Source: Eubacteriales bacterium
GTDB taxonomy: Bacteria; Bacillota; Clostridia; Oscillospirales; CAG-272
Assembly: GCA_045605765.1 (NCBI GenBank)
Contig: JAZUQQ010000057.1
Coordinates: 49,421-113,420, forward strand
DNA: 64,000 bases
Direction of reading: 5' to 3'
Part shown: positions 1 to 8,637 of the stretch, in pieces
Position numbering within the stretch: position 1 is the stretch's first letter
Layout of the letters: every line of letters begins with the position of its first letter
Notes under the pieces: generated by a model
The model's input: only the letters and a program-made list of their open reading frames with translations
Told to the model about the DNA's origin: nothing
The model's database searches: none
Translations under genes and position numbers: made by a program

Positions 1-1
1 G

Positions 2-2050
2 CTCGACTGGCGTGTTAAAGAAAACTCGACGGTTACCTACTCGGTCGGTGGACTTATCCTTTCCAACTCGGGAGCTATCACCGCTAACTATTGGCTCTCC
101 GAGGTTTACGACGACGAGATCGCAAACGCCCACAGAAACGGCGATATCCACATTCACGACCTCTCGATGCTCACCGGCTACTGCGCAGGATGGTCACTCA
201 AACAGCTTATTCAAGAGGGTCTTGGCGGTGTAGTAGGAAAGATCACCTCTGCTCCCGCAGCTCACCTCTCCACTCTCTGTAACCAGATGGTAAACTTCCT
301 CGGCATTATGCAGAACGAGTGGGCAGGCGCACAGGCATTCTCCTCGTTTGACACTTACCTTGCTCCCTTCGTTAAGGTGGACAACCTTTCCTACAAGGAA
401 GTAAAGCAGTGTATTCAGTCCTTCGTTTACGGTGTAAACACTCCCAGCCGTTGGGGAACTCAGTCGCCCTTTACCAACATCACTCTCGACTGGACCGTTC
501 CGAACGACCTTGCAGAGCTTAACTGTATCGTCGGAGGAAAAGAGCTTGACTTCAAGTACAAGGACTGTAAAGCCGAGATGGATATGGTCAATAAAGCGTT
601 TATCGAAATTATGATTGAAGGCGACGCTAACGGACGCGGCTTCCAGTATCCTATCCCCACCTATTCGATCACGAGAGACTTTGACTGGTCGGACACCGAG
701 AACAATAAGCTTCTCTTTGAGATGACCGCTAAATACGGTACTCCCTACTTCTCGAACTACATCAACAGCGATATGGAGCCCTCGGACGTTCGTTCGATGT
801 GCTGCCGTCTGCGTCTTGACCTTCGTGAGCTCCGCAAAAAGTCAGGCGGATTCTTCGGCTCAGGCGAATCAACAGGTTCTGTCGGCGTAGTTACCATCAA
901 CATGCCGAGAATTGCTTATCTTGCAGAGGACGAGGCTGACTTCTACAAGCGTCTTGACAAGCTTATGGACATCTCCGCACGCTCGCTCAAAACCAAGAGA
1001 ACGGTTATCACAAAGCTTCTCGACGAAGGACTTTATCCCTACACCAAGAGATACCTCGGAACCTTCAACAATCACTTCTCGACCATCGGTCTCGTCGGTA
1101 TGAACGAGGCAGGTCTCAACGCAAAGTGGCTTCGTGCAGATATGACCTCCGAAGCAGTTCAGCAGTTCAGCAAGGATGTTCTCAACCATATGCGCGAGCG
1201 TCTTTCCGACTATCAGGAGGCTTACGGCGACCTTTACAACCTAGAAGCCACTCCCGCAGAGTCGACATCCTTCCGTTTTGCTAAGCACGACAGAAAGCGT
1301 TATCCCGATATCATTACTGCTACCGAGGGCGACGCTACTCCCTATTATACCAACTCTTCGCATCTTCCCGTTGGCTACACCGAGGATATTTTCGCTGCCC
1401 TCGACGTTCAGGACGGTCTACAAACGCTCTACACCTCGGGCACGGTATTCCACGCATTCCTCGGTGAAAAGCTCCCCGACTGGAAGAGCGCGGCAAATCT
1501 CGTTCGCAAGATCGCAGAAAACTACGCGCTTCCCTACTACACCCTCTCTCCCACATACTCAGTATGCCGCAATCACGGATACCTTGCAGGCGAGCAGTGG
1601 ATCTGCCCCGAGTGCGGAGAAAAGGCAGAGGTTTACAGCCGTATCACCGGTTACTACCGCCCTGTTCTTAACTGGAACGACGGCAAGAGCCAGGAATACA
1701 AGGACAGAAAGGTCTACAACATCGCAAAGTACGGCGAAAAGAACATAAGCAAATCGGAAGAAGCGGTAAGGGCTGCCGAGGCTCTCGCCCCCGCTACCGA
1801 ATTTGCAAAGGACACATCTGAAGCCATTCTTCTCTTCGCTACTCACACCTGCCCCAACTGCAAGATGGCTAAGGTCTTCCTTGACAAAGCAGGCATTGAC
1901 TACGAGGTGATCTATGCAGACGATAATCCCGAAGCGGCGGCAGAGTTTGACATTCGCCAGGCTCCTACTATGATCGTTTCGAGAGGCGGCGAAACCGAGG
2001 TGATCACCAACGTTTCCAACATCAGAAAGTTTGCCGAAACTAATTCCTAA
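2..2050 (+). CDS. nrdD: anaerobic ribonucleoside-triphosphate reductase (class III RNR), 5' end outside window, with C-terminal glutaredoxin/thioredoxin-like extension
   Basis: Frame 2 is open from the window edge (LDWRVKENSTVTYSVGG...). It has the Zn-ribbon CRNHGY..CPECG and the glycyl-radical motif SRITGYYRPV. About 95 extra C-terminal aa carry a thioredoxin-fold-like CPNC motif (HTCPNCKMAKVFLDKAGIDYEVI). Confidence 0.9.
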   Translation, partial: LDWRVKENSTVTYSVGGLILSNSGAITANYWLSEVYDDEIANAHRNGDIHIHDLSMLTGYCAGWSLKQLIQEGLGGVVGKITSAPAAHLSTLCNQMVNFLGIMQNEWAGAQAFSSFDTYLAPFVKVDNLSYKEVKQCIQSFVYGVNTPSRWGTQSPFTNITLDWTVPNDLAELNCIVGGKELDFKYKDCKAEMDMVNKAFIEIMIEGDANGRGFQYPIPTYSITRDFDWSDTENNKLLFEMTAKYGTPYFSNYINSDMEPSDVRSMCCRLRLDLRELRKKSGGFFGSGESTGSVGVVTINMPRIAYLAEDEADFYKRLDKLMDISARSLKTKRTVITKLLDEGLYPYTKRYLGTFNNHFSTIGLVGMNEAGLNAKWLRADMTSEAVQQFSKDVLNHMRERLSDYQEAYGDLYNLEATPAESTSFRFAKHDRKRYPDIITATEGDATPYYTNSSHLPVGYTEDIFAALDVQDGLQTLYTSGTVFHAFLGEKLPDWKSAANLVRKIAENYALPYYTLSPTYSVCRNHGYLAGEQWICPECGEKAEVYSRITGYYRPVLNWNDGKSQEYKDRKVYNIAKYGEKNISKSEEAVRAAEALAPATEFAKDTSEAILLFATHTCPNCKMAKVFLDKAGIDYEVIYADDNPEAAAEFDIRQAPTMIVSRGGETEVITNVSNIRKFAETNS

Positions 2051-2071
2051 TCAATCTAGAAGGACTATTTT

Positions 2072-2983
2072 ATGTACGATATACTGATAATAGGCGCAGG
2101 TCCCGCAGGTCTTACTGCGGCGATCTACGCCGCAAGAGCGGGTAAAAGCGTTCTTATTCTTGAAAAAGAAACCTTTGGCGGTCAGATAACTCATTCTCCG
2201 AAGGTTGAAAACTATCCCGGTTTTCTTGAAATGAGCGGAAATCAGTTCGCAGAGCGTCTTATAGATCAGGCTATTGCTCAGGGCGCAGAAATCGAGCTTG
2301 ACCGCGCGATCTCGATAAATGAAGAGGACGGTCACAAGATAGTAGAAACCGAGTCAGGAAAGAAATACGAGGCTCTCTCGGTCATTATCGCTGCAGGCTC
2401 GAGACACCGTCATCTCGGTGTCGAGCGGGAGGACGAGCTTATTGGAAACGGCATCTCCTACTGCGCTGTCTGCGACGGTCCGTTCTATGCGGGCAAGAAC
2501 GTTGCTATCATCGGCGGAGGAAACACCGCCCTCCAAGAAGCGGTCATGCTTTCCGACATTTGCGAGAGCGTTACTCTTATTCAAAATCTTCCCTATCTTA
2601 CGGGCGAGGAGACGCTTATCGAAAAGCTCTATCTGCGCGACAACGTGAAATTCATTTTCGGCTCGGTCGTGACCTCTTTTATCGGAGGGAAGCAGGTCGA
2701 GGGACTTGAAATAAAGAAAAACGCGACCGATGCAATCTCCCGTCTTTACGTTGACGGAGTATTCGTCGCAATAGGTCAGGAGCCCGAAAACAAGCCTTTT
2801 GCAAACGTTGCAGAGCTTAACGACTACGGTTATATCGTGGCAGGAGAAACCTGCGAAACTGGAACTCCCGGAGTTTTCGTTGCAGGTGACTGCCGCACGA
2901 AGGCTATCCGTCAGATAGTTACCGCAAGCGGTGACGGCGCAGTTGCGGCGGTTGCGGCTTGTAAGTACGTGGATAATCTTTAA
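2072..2983 (+). CDS. trxB: thioredoxin-disulfide reductase
   Basis: 303 aa with FAD motif IIGAGPAGLTAA, redox-active CAVCDG and NADPH motif GGGNTA. An RBS (GAAGGA) is present. It starts 21 nt after the nrdD stop. Confidence 0.92.
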   Translation: MYDILIIGAGPAGLTAAIYAARAGKSVLILEKETFGGQITHSPKVENYPGFLEMSGNQFAERLIDQAIAQGAEIELDRAISINEEDGHKIVETESGKKYEALSVIIAAGSRHRHLGVEREDELIGNGISYCAVCDGPFYAGKNVAIIGGGNTALQEAVMLSDICESVTLIQNLPYLTGEETLIEKLYLRDNVKFIFGSVVTSFIGGKQVEGLEIKKNATDAISRLYVDGVFVAIGQEPENKPFANVAELNDYGYIVAGETCETGTPGVFVAGDCRTKAIRQIVTASGDGAVAAVAACKYVDNL

Positions 2984-3019
2984 CTCAGGGCTTTTCGCAG
3001 AAAAACTTTTACAAAAAAA

Positions 3020-3041
3020 CGCAGGAGTGATCCTGCGTTTT
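3020..3041 (+). terminator. intrinsic terminator after trxB
   Basis: Hairpin CGCAGGA-gtga-TCCTGCG followed by TTTT. Confidence 0.8.
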
Positions 3042-3298
3042 GATTTTGTATGAGAAAGTTTAGTATGTGCGAACATACGAAAACGCGTTTACCACTTCTT
3101 TGAAGCATTTCTTCGTTGGAAGAAACGCTTCGCAAAGAACAACCAAAGGAAGAGAGGTATCTCTTCCTTATGGAATCCTTCTCTCTATTAAAAGCGCGCT
3201 TTTAAGTGCCGCGCCAAACGCGGCGTAACGGTTATTGCGGCGCGATGGGTGCGCATTAGTTTTATTCTATGAATATAGAATTTATCTTAGTTTAACAT

Positions 3299-3333
3299 AA
3301 AAAGCTATGAGGTCATATTTCTCATAGCTTTTT
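3299..3333 (-). terminator. bidirectional-type terminator hairpin (distal terminator of pheST)
   Basis: AAAAAGCTATGAG-n9-CTCATAGCTTTTT. The perfect stem is flanked by an A-run and a T-run. Confidence 0.75.
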
Positions 3334-3351
3334 ATTAAAGTTTTGGGAGTT

Positions 3352-3431
3352 CCAAGAACCTTTTTACAAAAAGGTTCTTGGTTGGTTCTTAGGGCAAAGC
3401 CCTAAGCGAATTCCAAAGGCAGAGCCTTTGG
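3352..3431 (-). repeat. three tandem perfect hairpins immediately after the pheT stop
   Basis: CCAAAGGC-aga-GCCTTTGG (3413-3431), CTTAGGGC-aaa-GCCCTAAG (3388-3406) and CCAAGAACCTTTTT..AAAAAGGTTCTTGG (3352-3381). None has a U-run. A related pair follows asnA at 26765-26820. Confidence 0.7.
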
Positions 3432-3433
3432 CC

Positions 3434-5827
3434 TTAACCTCTAAGCGTAATTCCGAGCTGTTTTTCGACAGATGCGATGATCTTAGTCGAGGTCTTTTCC
3501 GACTCGTCCTCGGTGAGAGTATGGTCTGCGGCGCGAAGCGTTACTCTGAACGCAAGGCTCTTTTTATCTGCACCGAGTCTTTCTCCGACGTAAACGTCAA
3601 AGAGTGTGACTGCCTCGACGAGCTTACCGCCCGCCTTGCGGATAACGTCCTCAATAGCACCCGACTCGGTATTCTTATCGCAAACGAACGCGAAGTCACG
3701 GTTTACGGGCGGATATTTTGGAAGCGGCTTATAATGCTTATCGAAATTACTGAAATTAAAGAGCTTTTCGAAATCTATATCGGCAAGATACACGGGAGCG
3801 TCAAAGCCGTAATTTGCCGCAACCTTCGGGTGAAGCTGACCGATAGTTCCGACTACCTCGAATCCTCTTGCGATAATATTTGCACATCTTCCGGGGTGGA
3901 ATACGGGGTTATTTTCATTTGATACGAACTTAACCTTAGCTATTCCCGCGTCGGCACAGATAGTTTCTGCCATACCTTTAAGTGTATAGAAATCGCCGTT
4001 ACCGTAGAAGCCAAACGTGAGTCTTGTAGGCTCTTCGGGAAGCTCATTTTTATCTTCATTTGGAATATAGATATGTCCGAGCTCGTACATAGCAACGCTA
4101 TCCGAGTGGTAATTATTATTTCTCGCAAGAACGCCGAGAAGCGACGGAATGAGGGTGGTTCTCATTACGCTAGTATCTTCTCCGAGAGGATTGGTAATAA
4201 CGACCTGCTTTCTTTCGGGAGCGTCCTCGGGAAGATTTATCATATCAAGCGTCTTCGGAGAAACGAAGGAGAAGGTCACGCTCTGCGTGAGTCCGAGAGC
4301 GCAAAGAAGGCTATGAAGTCTTGCCTTATACGCCTGCTTGGGAGTAAGAGTTCCTGCCTTGACCGCGCACTTAAACGGAGTCGAGGGAATGTTGTTATAT
4401 CCGTGAATTCTTGCAATTTCCTCGGCAATATCGTTCATTCTTTCGAGGTCTGCGCGATAGGAAGGAGCGGCGAGAACTCCATTTTCGATGGTACAACCGA
4501 GAGATTCGAGAATAGCTACCATCTTATCCTCGCAAACGTCTGTTCCGAGGAAAGCGTTTATTTGATCTGCATCAAATTTAACGGTAACGGGAGCTTTCTT
4601 ATTCTTATATACGTCGATGACACCGCCGACAACTTCGCCGGCTCCGAGAAGATTTACAAGCTCGCAAGCCCTATCAAGTGCAGGCATTGTATTCTCGGGA
4701 TCAAGTCCCTTTTCAAAGCGGCTACTCGACTCGGTTCTCATTCCCTGAGCCTTTGCGGCAAGTCTTACCGACGAGCCGAGGAAGTTTGCAGACTCGAACA
4801 CGACTGTGGTCGTCGTATCCTTGATCTCGCTATTTGCTCCGCCCATTACACCTGCCAGTGCGACTGCCTTCTTTTCGTCGGCAATTACGAGGGTATCGGA
4901 GCTGAGTATATGGTCATTATCATCAAGTGACTTGAAGTTTTCGCCCTCAGATGCTCTGCGGACCACTATCTTCTTACCTTCGAGCATCGCATAGTCAAAC
5001 GCGTGCATAGGCTGACCGTATTCGAGCATAACGTAGTTGGTAATATCAACGATATTATTTATAGGACGGACACCCGAAGCACGAAGTCTCATTCTGAGCC
5101 AAAGCGGCGAGGGCTCGATCTTTACGTTTTTAACAACTCTTGCGCTATATCTCGGGCAGAGCTCTGCATCGTCAACGTCAACAGAGATATATTCGGAAAT
5201 ATCTCCACTTCCCTCTTTTACTACGGGGGTCGGGATTTTAAGCTCTCTACCGAAGCTCACCGCGCTCTCTCTTGCAAGACCGATAACCGATAGGCAATCA
5301 GGGCGGTTAGAGGTTATCTCGAACTCGACCGATTTATCGGAGAGCATAAGAACGTCCTTTATATCCTTGCCGATCTGATCTTCTCCGACAAAAGAGTTCA
5401 TTATGAATATACCGTTTTCATCTGCGCCCGGCATATCGTGGGTTGTGAGGTCAAGCTCGCCTATCGAGCAGAGCATACCGTCCGACTCAACTCCGCGGAG
5501 CTTACCCGATTTAATAACCACTCCGTTCGGAAGCTTTGCAACCGGAACAGCAACCGGAATTATCGCACCCTCAAAAATATTCTGTGCGCCTGTAACTATC
5601 TGCCTCTCGGCATCGCCCGTATATATCTGACAGATCTGAAGATGATCGGAATCGGGGTGCTTCTCTATTTTGAGAATTTTTCCGACGACCACGTTTTCTA
5701 TATTCCCTCCGAGCAAGGTATATCCCTCGACCTTAGAGCCGGTATCTGTCATACGGTCACAGTAATCCTTTATATTTACGTCGCTGACATCTGTGAAATC
5801 AGCAAGCCATTTCATTGACAAATTCAT
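3434..5827 (-). CDS. pheT: phenylalanine--tRNA ligase beta subunit
   Basis: 797 aa with typical bacterial PheT length and N-terminus (MKWLADFTDV..., tRNA-binding domain). AAGGAGG lies 8 nt upstream. It starts 16 nt after pheS. Confidence 0.93.
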   Translation of the reverse strand: MNLSMKWLADFTDVSDVNIKDYCDRMTDTGSKVEGYTLLGGNIENVVVGKILKIEKHPDSDHLQICQIYTGDAERQIVTGAQNIFEGAIIPVAVPVAKLPNGVVIKSGKLRGVESDGMLCSIGELDLTTHDMPGADENGIFIMNSFVGEDQIGKDIKDVLMLSDKSVEFEITSNRPDCLSVIGLARESAVSFGRELKIPTPVVKEGSGDISEYISVDVDDAELCPRYSARVVKNVKIEPSPLWLRMRLRASGVRPINNIVDITNYVMLEYGQPMHAFDYAMLEGKKIVVRRASEGENFKSLDDNDHILSSDTLVIADEKKAVALAGVMGGANSEIKDTTTTVVFESANFLGSSVRLAAKAQGMRTESSSRFEKGLDPENTMPALDRACELVNLLGAGEVVGGVIDVYKNKKAPVTVKFDADQINAFLGTDVCEDKMVAILESLGCTIENGVLAAPSYRADLERMNDIAEEIARIHGYNNIPSTPFKCAVKAGTLTPKQAYKARLHSLLCALGLTQSVTFSFVSPKTLDMINLPEDAPERKQVVITNPLGEDTSVMRTTLIPSLLGVLARNNNYHSDSVAMYELGHIYIPNEDKNELPEEPTRLTFGFYGNGDFYTLKGMAETICADAGIAKVKFVSNENNPVFHPGRCANIIARGFEVVGTIGQLHPKVAANYGFDAPVYLADIDFEKLFNFSNFDKHYKPLPKYPPVNRDFAFVCDKNTESGAIEDVIRKAGGKLVEAVTLFDVYVGERLGADKKSLAFRVTLRAADHTLTEDESEKTSTKIIASVEKQLGITLRG

Positions 5828-5843
5828 CTTTTTTACCTCCTTA

Positions 5844-6863
5844 TCAGAACTGTTTCAGGAAACGGAGATCGTTTTCATAGAGCAATCTCATATCGTCGAT
5901 ACCGTATTTTATCATAACGATTCGCTCGATACCCATACCAAATGCAAACCCGCTATAAACCTCAGGATCGATACCGCAGCCCGAAAGCACGTTCGGGTGA
6001 ACCATACCTGCGCCGAGGATCTCGATCCAGCCCTCGCCCTTACATACGCGGCAACCCTTGCCTCCGCATACGAAGCAGCTTACGTCAACCTCTGCCGACG
6101 GCTCGGTAAACGGGAAATGGTGCGGACGGAAGCGGATCTTGGTATTTTCTCCGAACATCTGCTTTGCGAATGCTTCGAGCATTCCGCGAAGGTCACCCAT
6201 CGTAATTCCCTTATCAACTACGAGTCCTTCGAGCTGATGGAATACGGGAGAATGGGTAGCGTCAACCTCGTCCGCGCGGTAAACTCTTCCCGGAGAGATA
6301 ATTCTGATCGGCGGCTGCTGATCCATCATAACTCTAGCCTGAACGGGAGAGGTCTGCGAGCGAAGAAGAATATTATCAGTGATATAGAAGGTATCCTGCG
6401 TATCACGAGCAGGGTGATTTTCGGGAATATTGAGCTTTTGGAAGTTGAAAAGGTCAAATTCGACCTCAGGGCCTTCTGCGATCTCAAAGCCCATAGAACG
6501 AAAAATATCGCTCATCTCGGTCTCGATCTTTTCAAGCGGATGTCTCGTTCCCACCTCAAATTTTTGTCCGGGTGCGGTAACGTCGAGCTTTTCATCTTTC
6601 AGCTTCGCTTCAAGCTTTTTTTCATCAAGTTCGTTTTTCTTTTCGGCAATTGCACCCTCGATATAGGATCTCACCTCATTTGCCAGCTGACCGACGATCG
6701 GACGCTCCTCGGGGGTAAGTCCTCCCATTCCTCTGAGAACTGCGGTAAGCTCACCCTTTTTACCGAGATATCCTACACGGATAGACTCAAGGGAAGCATC
6801 GTCATTTGCATTTTTCAGAGCTTCCTCTGCCTTTGCTCTGATTTCAAGTAACAAAGTTTTCAT
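5844..6863 (-). CDS. pheS: phenylalanine--tRNA ligase alpha subunit
   Basis: Class II aaRS motifs ([25 protein letters not shown]). The start is moved to the ATG at 6863 ([11 protein letters not shown]...), which has RBS AAAGGAAAAG. The longer track ORF runs through the T-box terminator. Confidence 0.92.
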   Translation of the reverse strand: MKTLLLEIRAKAEEALKNANDDASLESIRVGYLGKKGELTAVLRGMGGLTPEERPIVGQLANEVRSYIEGAIAEKKNELDEKKLEAKLKDEKLDVTAPGQKFEVGTRHPLEKIETEMSDIFRSMGFEIAEGPEVEFDLFNFQKLNIPENHPARDTQDTFYITDNILLRSQTSPVQARVMMDQQPPIRIISPGRVYRADEVDATHSPVFHQLEGLVVDKGITMGDLRGMLEAFAKQMFGENTKIRFRPHHFPFTEPSAEVDVSCFVCGGKGCRVCKGEGWIEILGAGMVHPNVLSGCGIDPEVYSGFAFGMGIERIVMIKYGIDDMRLLYENDLRFLKQF

Positions 6864-7173
6864 TTTGACTTTTCCTTTCGTTTTCACTTTATGTAGAGTT
6901 TTTAATGCAAAATAAAAAAATCCTGCGCCCAACCTAATAGGGCGACAGGAATCCTTCGCGGTACCACCTATTTTTTCGAGATCTTTCATTTGAAGATCTG
7001 TACTCTGCGACCTATAACGCGGTCAGACGTACCTGCCTACTCTGTTTTCAACAAGTCTGCTCCGAGACGAATGGCGACCGTCGGCTTCTCCGCTCCGCTT
7101 CCAGCCTTGGCGGCGCTCTCTGTGGGAAAAGTTCTCCGAAACGTACCTATCTTTTCACTGCATTTCAAATATC
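6864..7173 (-). promoter_or_regulatory. T-box riboswitch leader (Phe) controlling pheST
   Basis: The minus strand reads AATAGGTGGTACCGCG (T-box sequence, + coordinates about 6958-6971). It overlaps a terminator hairpin (about 6920-6954) followed by TTTTTTTATTTT. Upstream are AGAGAG and GCTGGAA stem-I elements and a candidate UUC specifier in ..GCCAUUCGUC... Confidence 0.85.
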
Positions 7174-7179
7174 CTTAGT

Positions 7180-7207
7180 ATTATACCATATTTTTTCAAA
7201 AAATCAA
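7180..7207 (-). promoter_or_regulatory. sigma-A promoter of the pheST T-box leader
   Basis: The minus strand reads TTGATT-16 nt-TATAAT with an extended -10 TGG. Confidence 0.7.
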
Positions 7208-7320
7208 TACCAAATCGCACGAAAAAGAGATTTTTTTCAAAAATGTGTTTACTTTTTTTACGAAATGTTGTAAAATGAATTATACGTTAATTAAAGATTT
7301 CAGGAGACGACACTGATATT

Positions 7321-8544
7321 ATGAAAGAGCTTTTACTTCCTGCGGGCAATCCCGAAAAAATGACTGCCGCACTGAGATACGGCGCAGATGCCGTCTATCT
7401 TGCGGGAAAGGTTTTCGGCATGCGTTCTGCCGCAGCCAACTTCTCCGACGAGGAGCTTTTTAACGCCGTAAAATACGCGAATACTCTCGGCAAAAAAGTA
7501 TACATCACGGTAAATGTAACGCCTCACTGTGACGAGTACGATGAGCTTGAAAAATACCTTTACCTTTTAAAAGAAGTACAGCCCGATGCTCTCATTATTG
7601 CTGACGTCGGCGTTTTCTCACTTGCAAAAAAGATATTGCCCGAAGTGCAAATACATATTTCAACACAGGCGGGTGCGGTCAGTCACGCAGACTGCACGTT
7701 CTGGTACAATCTCGGCGCATCACGCGTTGTTCTTGCGCGCGAGCTCGGATTTTCAGAAATTGAGATAATACGCGACAAAACGCCCGCAGAGCTTGAGCTT
7801 GAATGCTTCATCCACGGATCTATGTGCATTTCGTGGAGCGGAAGATGTCTACTCTCGGCAAACATCACCGGCAGAGATGCAAACCGCGGAAGCTGCACTC
7901 AGCCCTGCCGTTGGAAGTACAATCTTTATGAGATCGCAGAAGAAAAACGTCCTAATCTGCGTTTCCCTGTGGAAGAAAACGACCTCGGCACCTTCATTAT
8001 GTCAAGTCGCGATATGTGCATGATCGAGCATATGCCGGAGCTTATGAAGAGCGGAATTTCCTCGTTCAAAATCGAAGGCAGAATGAAGAGTGCCTACTAC
8101 ACGGCTGTCTGTGCGAACACCTATCGTATCGCTATGGACAAATATCTCGCCTGCCCCGAAAGCTACACCTACGATTCGCTCTGGCTGCGCGAGCTTGAAA
8201 GTGTGAGCCATCGCGAATATTGCACGGGATTTTATTTCGACACACCTTCCGACAACGCTCAGACGGTCACGAGAGACGGATATCTGCTCGAAAAAGCTTA
8301 TCTTGCCCACGCCGTATCCTACGATGAAAAAAAACAGCGTGCCACATTCAGACAGAAAAACAAGGTGGTTTCGGGCGCAGATGTCGAGCTTATCTCTCCC
8401 GGACTGGTCGGCAGATCTCTCAAAGCGCTCGATATGCAAAACGAAGCAGGCGAAGTGATAGAGTCTGCACCTCACCCTTCTATGCTCTTCTCAATAAAAG
8501 TACCCTTTCCAGTCAAAGAAGGAGATATTTTAAGGGGTATCTGA
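7321..8544 (+). CDS. U32 family peptidase-like protein
   Basis: 407 aa. It carries the U32 signature ECFIHGSMCISWSGRCLLS. Confidence 0.85.
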   Translation: MKELLLPAGNPEKMTAALRYGADAVYLAGKVFGMRSAAANFSDEELFNAVKYANTLGKKVYITVNVTPHCDEYDELEKYLYLLKEVQPDALIIADVGVFSLAKKILPEVQIHISTQAGAVSHADCTFWYNLGASRVVLARELGFSEIEIIRDKTPAELELECFIHGSMCISWSGRCLLSANITGRDANRGSCTQPCRWKYNLYEIAEEKRPNLRFPVEENDLGTFIMSSRDMCMIEHMPELMKSGISSFKIEGRMKSAYYTAVCANTYRIAMDKYLACPESYTYDSLWLRELESVSHREYCTGFYFDTPSDNAQTVTRDGYLLEKAYLAHAVSYDEKKQRATFRQKNKVVSGADVELISPGLVGRSLKALDMQNEAGEVIESAPHPSMLFSIKVPFPVKEGDILRGI

Positions 8545-8585
8545 CAAACTTATTTCTCTCGTTTCAAAAAAAGAGTTGTAAGTTA

Positions 8586-8614
8586 TTGACATAGTTGCTT
8601 TTTTGGTGTATAAT
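8586..8614 (+). promoter_or_regulatory. consensus sigma-A promoter
   Basis: TTGACA-17 nt-TATAAT, ending 24 nt before the ATG at 8638. Confidence 0.75.
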
Positions 8615-8637
8615 TTGTTCTAGATATTTTTCTTTAG

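Noticed and set aside
4073-6851. Long + strand ORFs (285 aa and 352 aa) across pheT/pheS
   Set aside because: They are antisense to the canonical pheST genes. The same artefact is seen opposite trxB (2354-3076), the ABC ATPase (12949-13626), the VWA gene (38436-39167), ftsZ (48487-49251), murF/murE (54943-55743) and the PBP gene (58096-59067). This recurrence reflects genome-wide codon bias, not overlapping genes.
6864-6989. N-terminal 42-aa extension of the pheS ORF in the track
   Set aside because: The extension runs through the T-box terminator/antiterminator and has no RBS. The ATG at 6863 has an RBS and gives a canonical PheS N-terminus.
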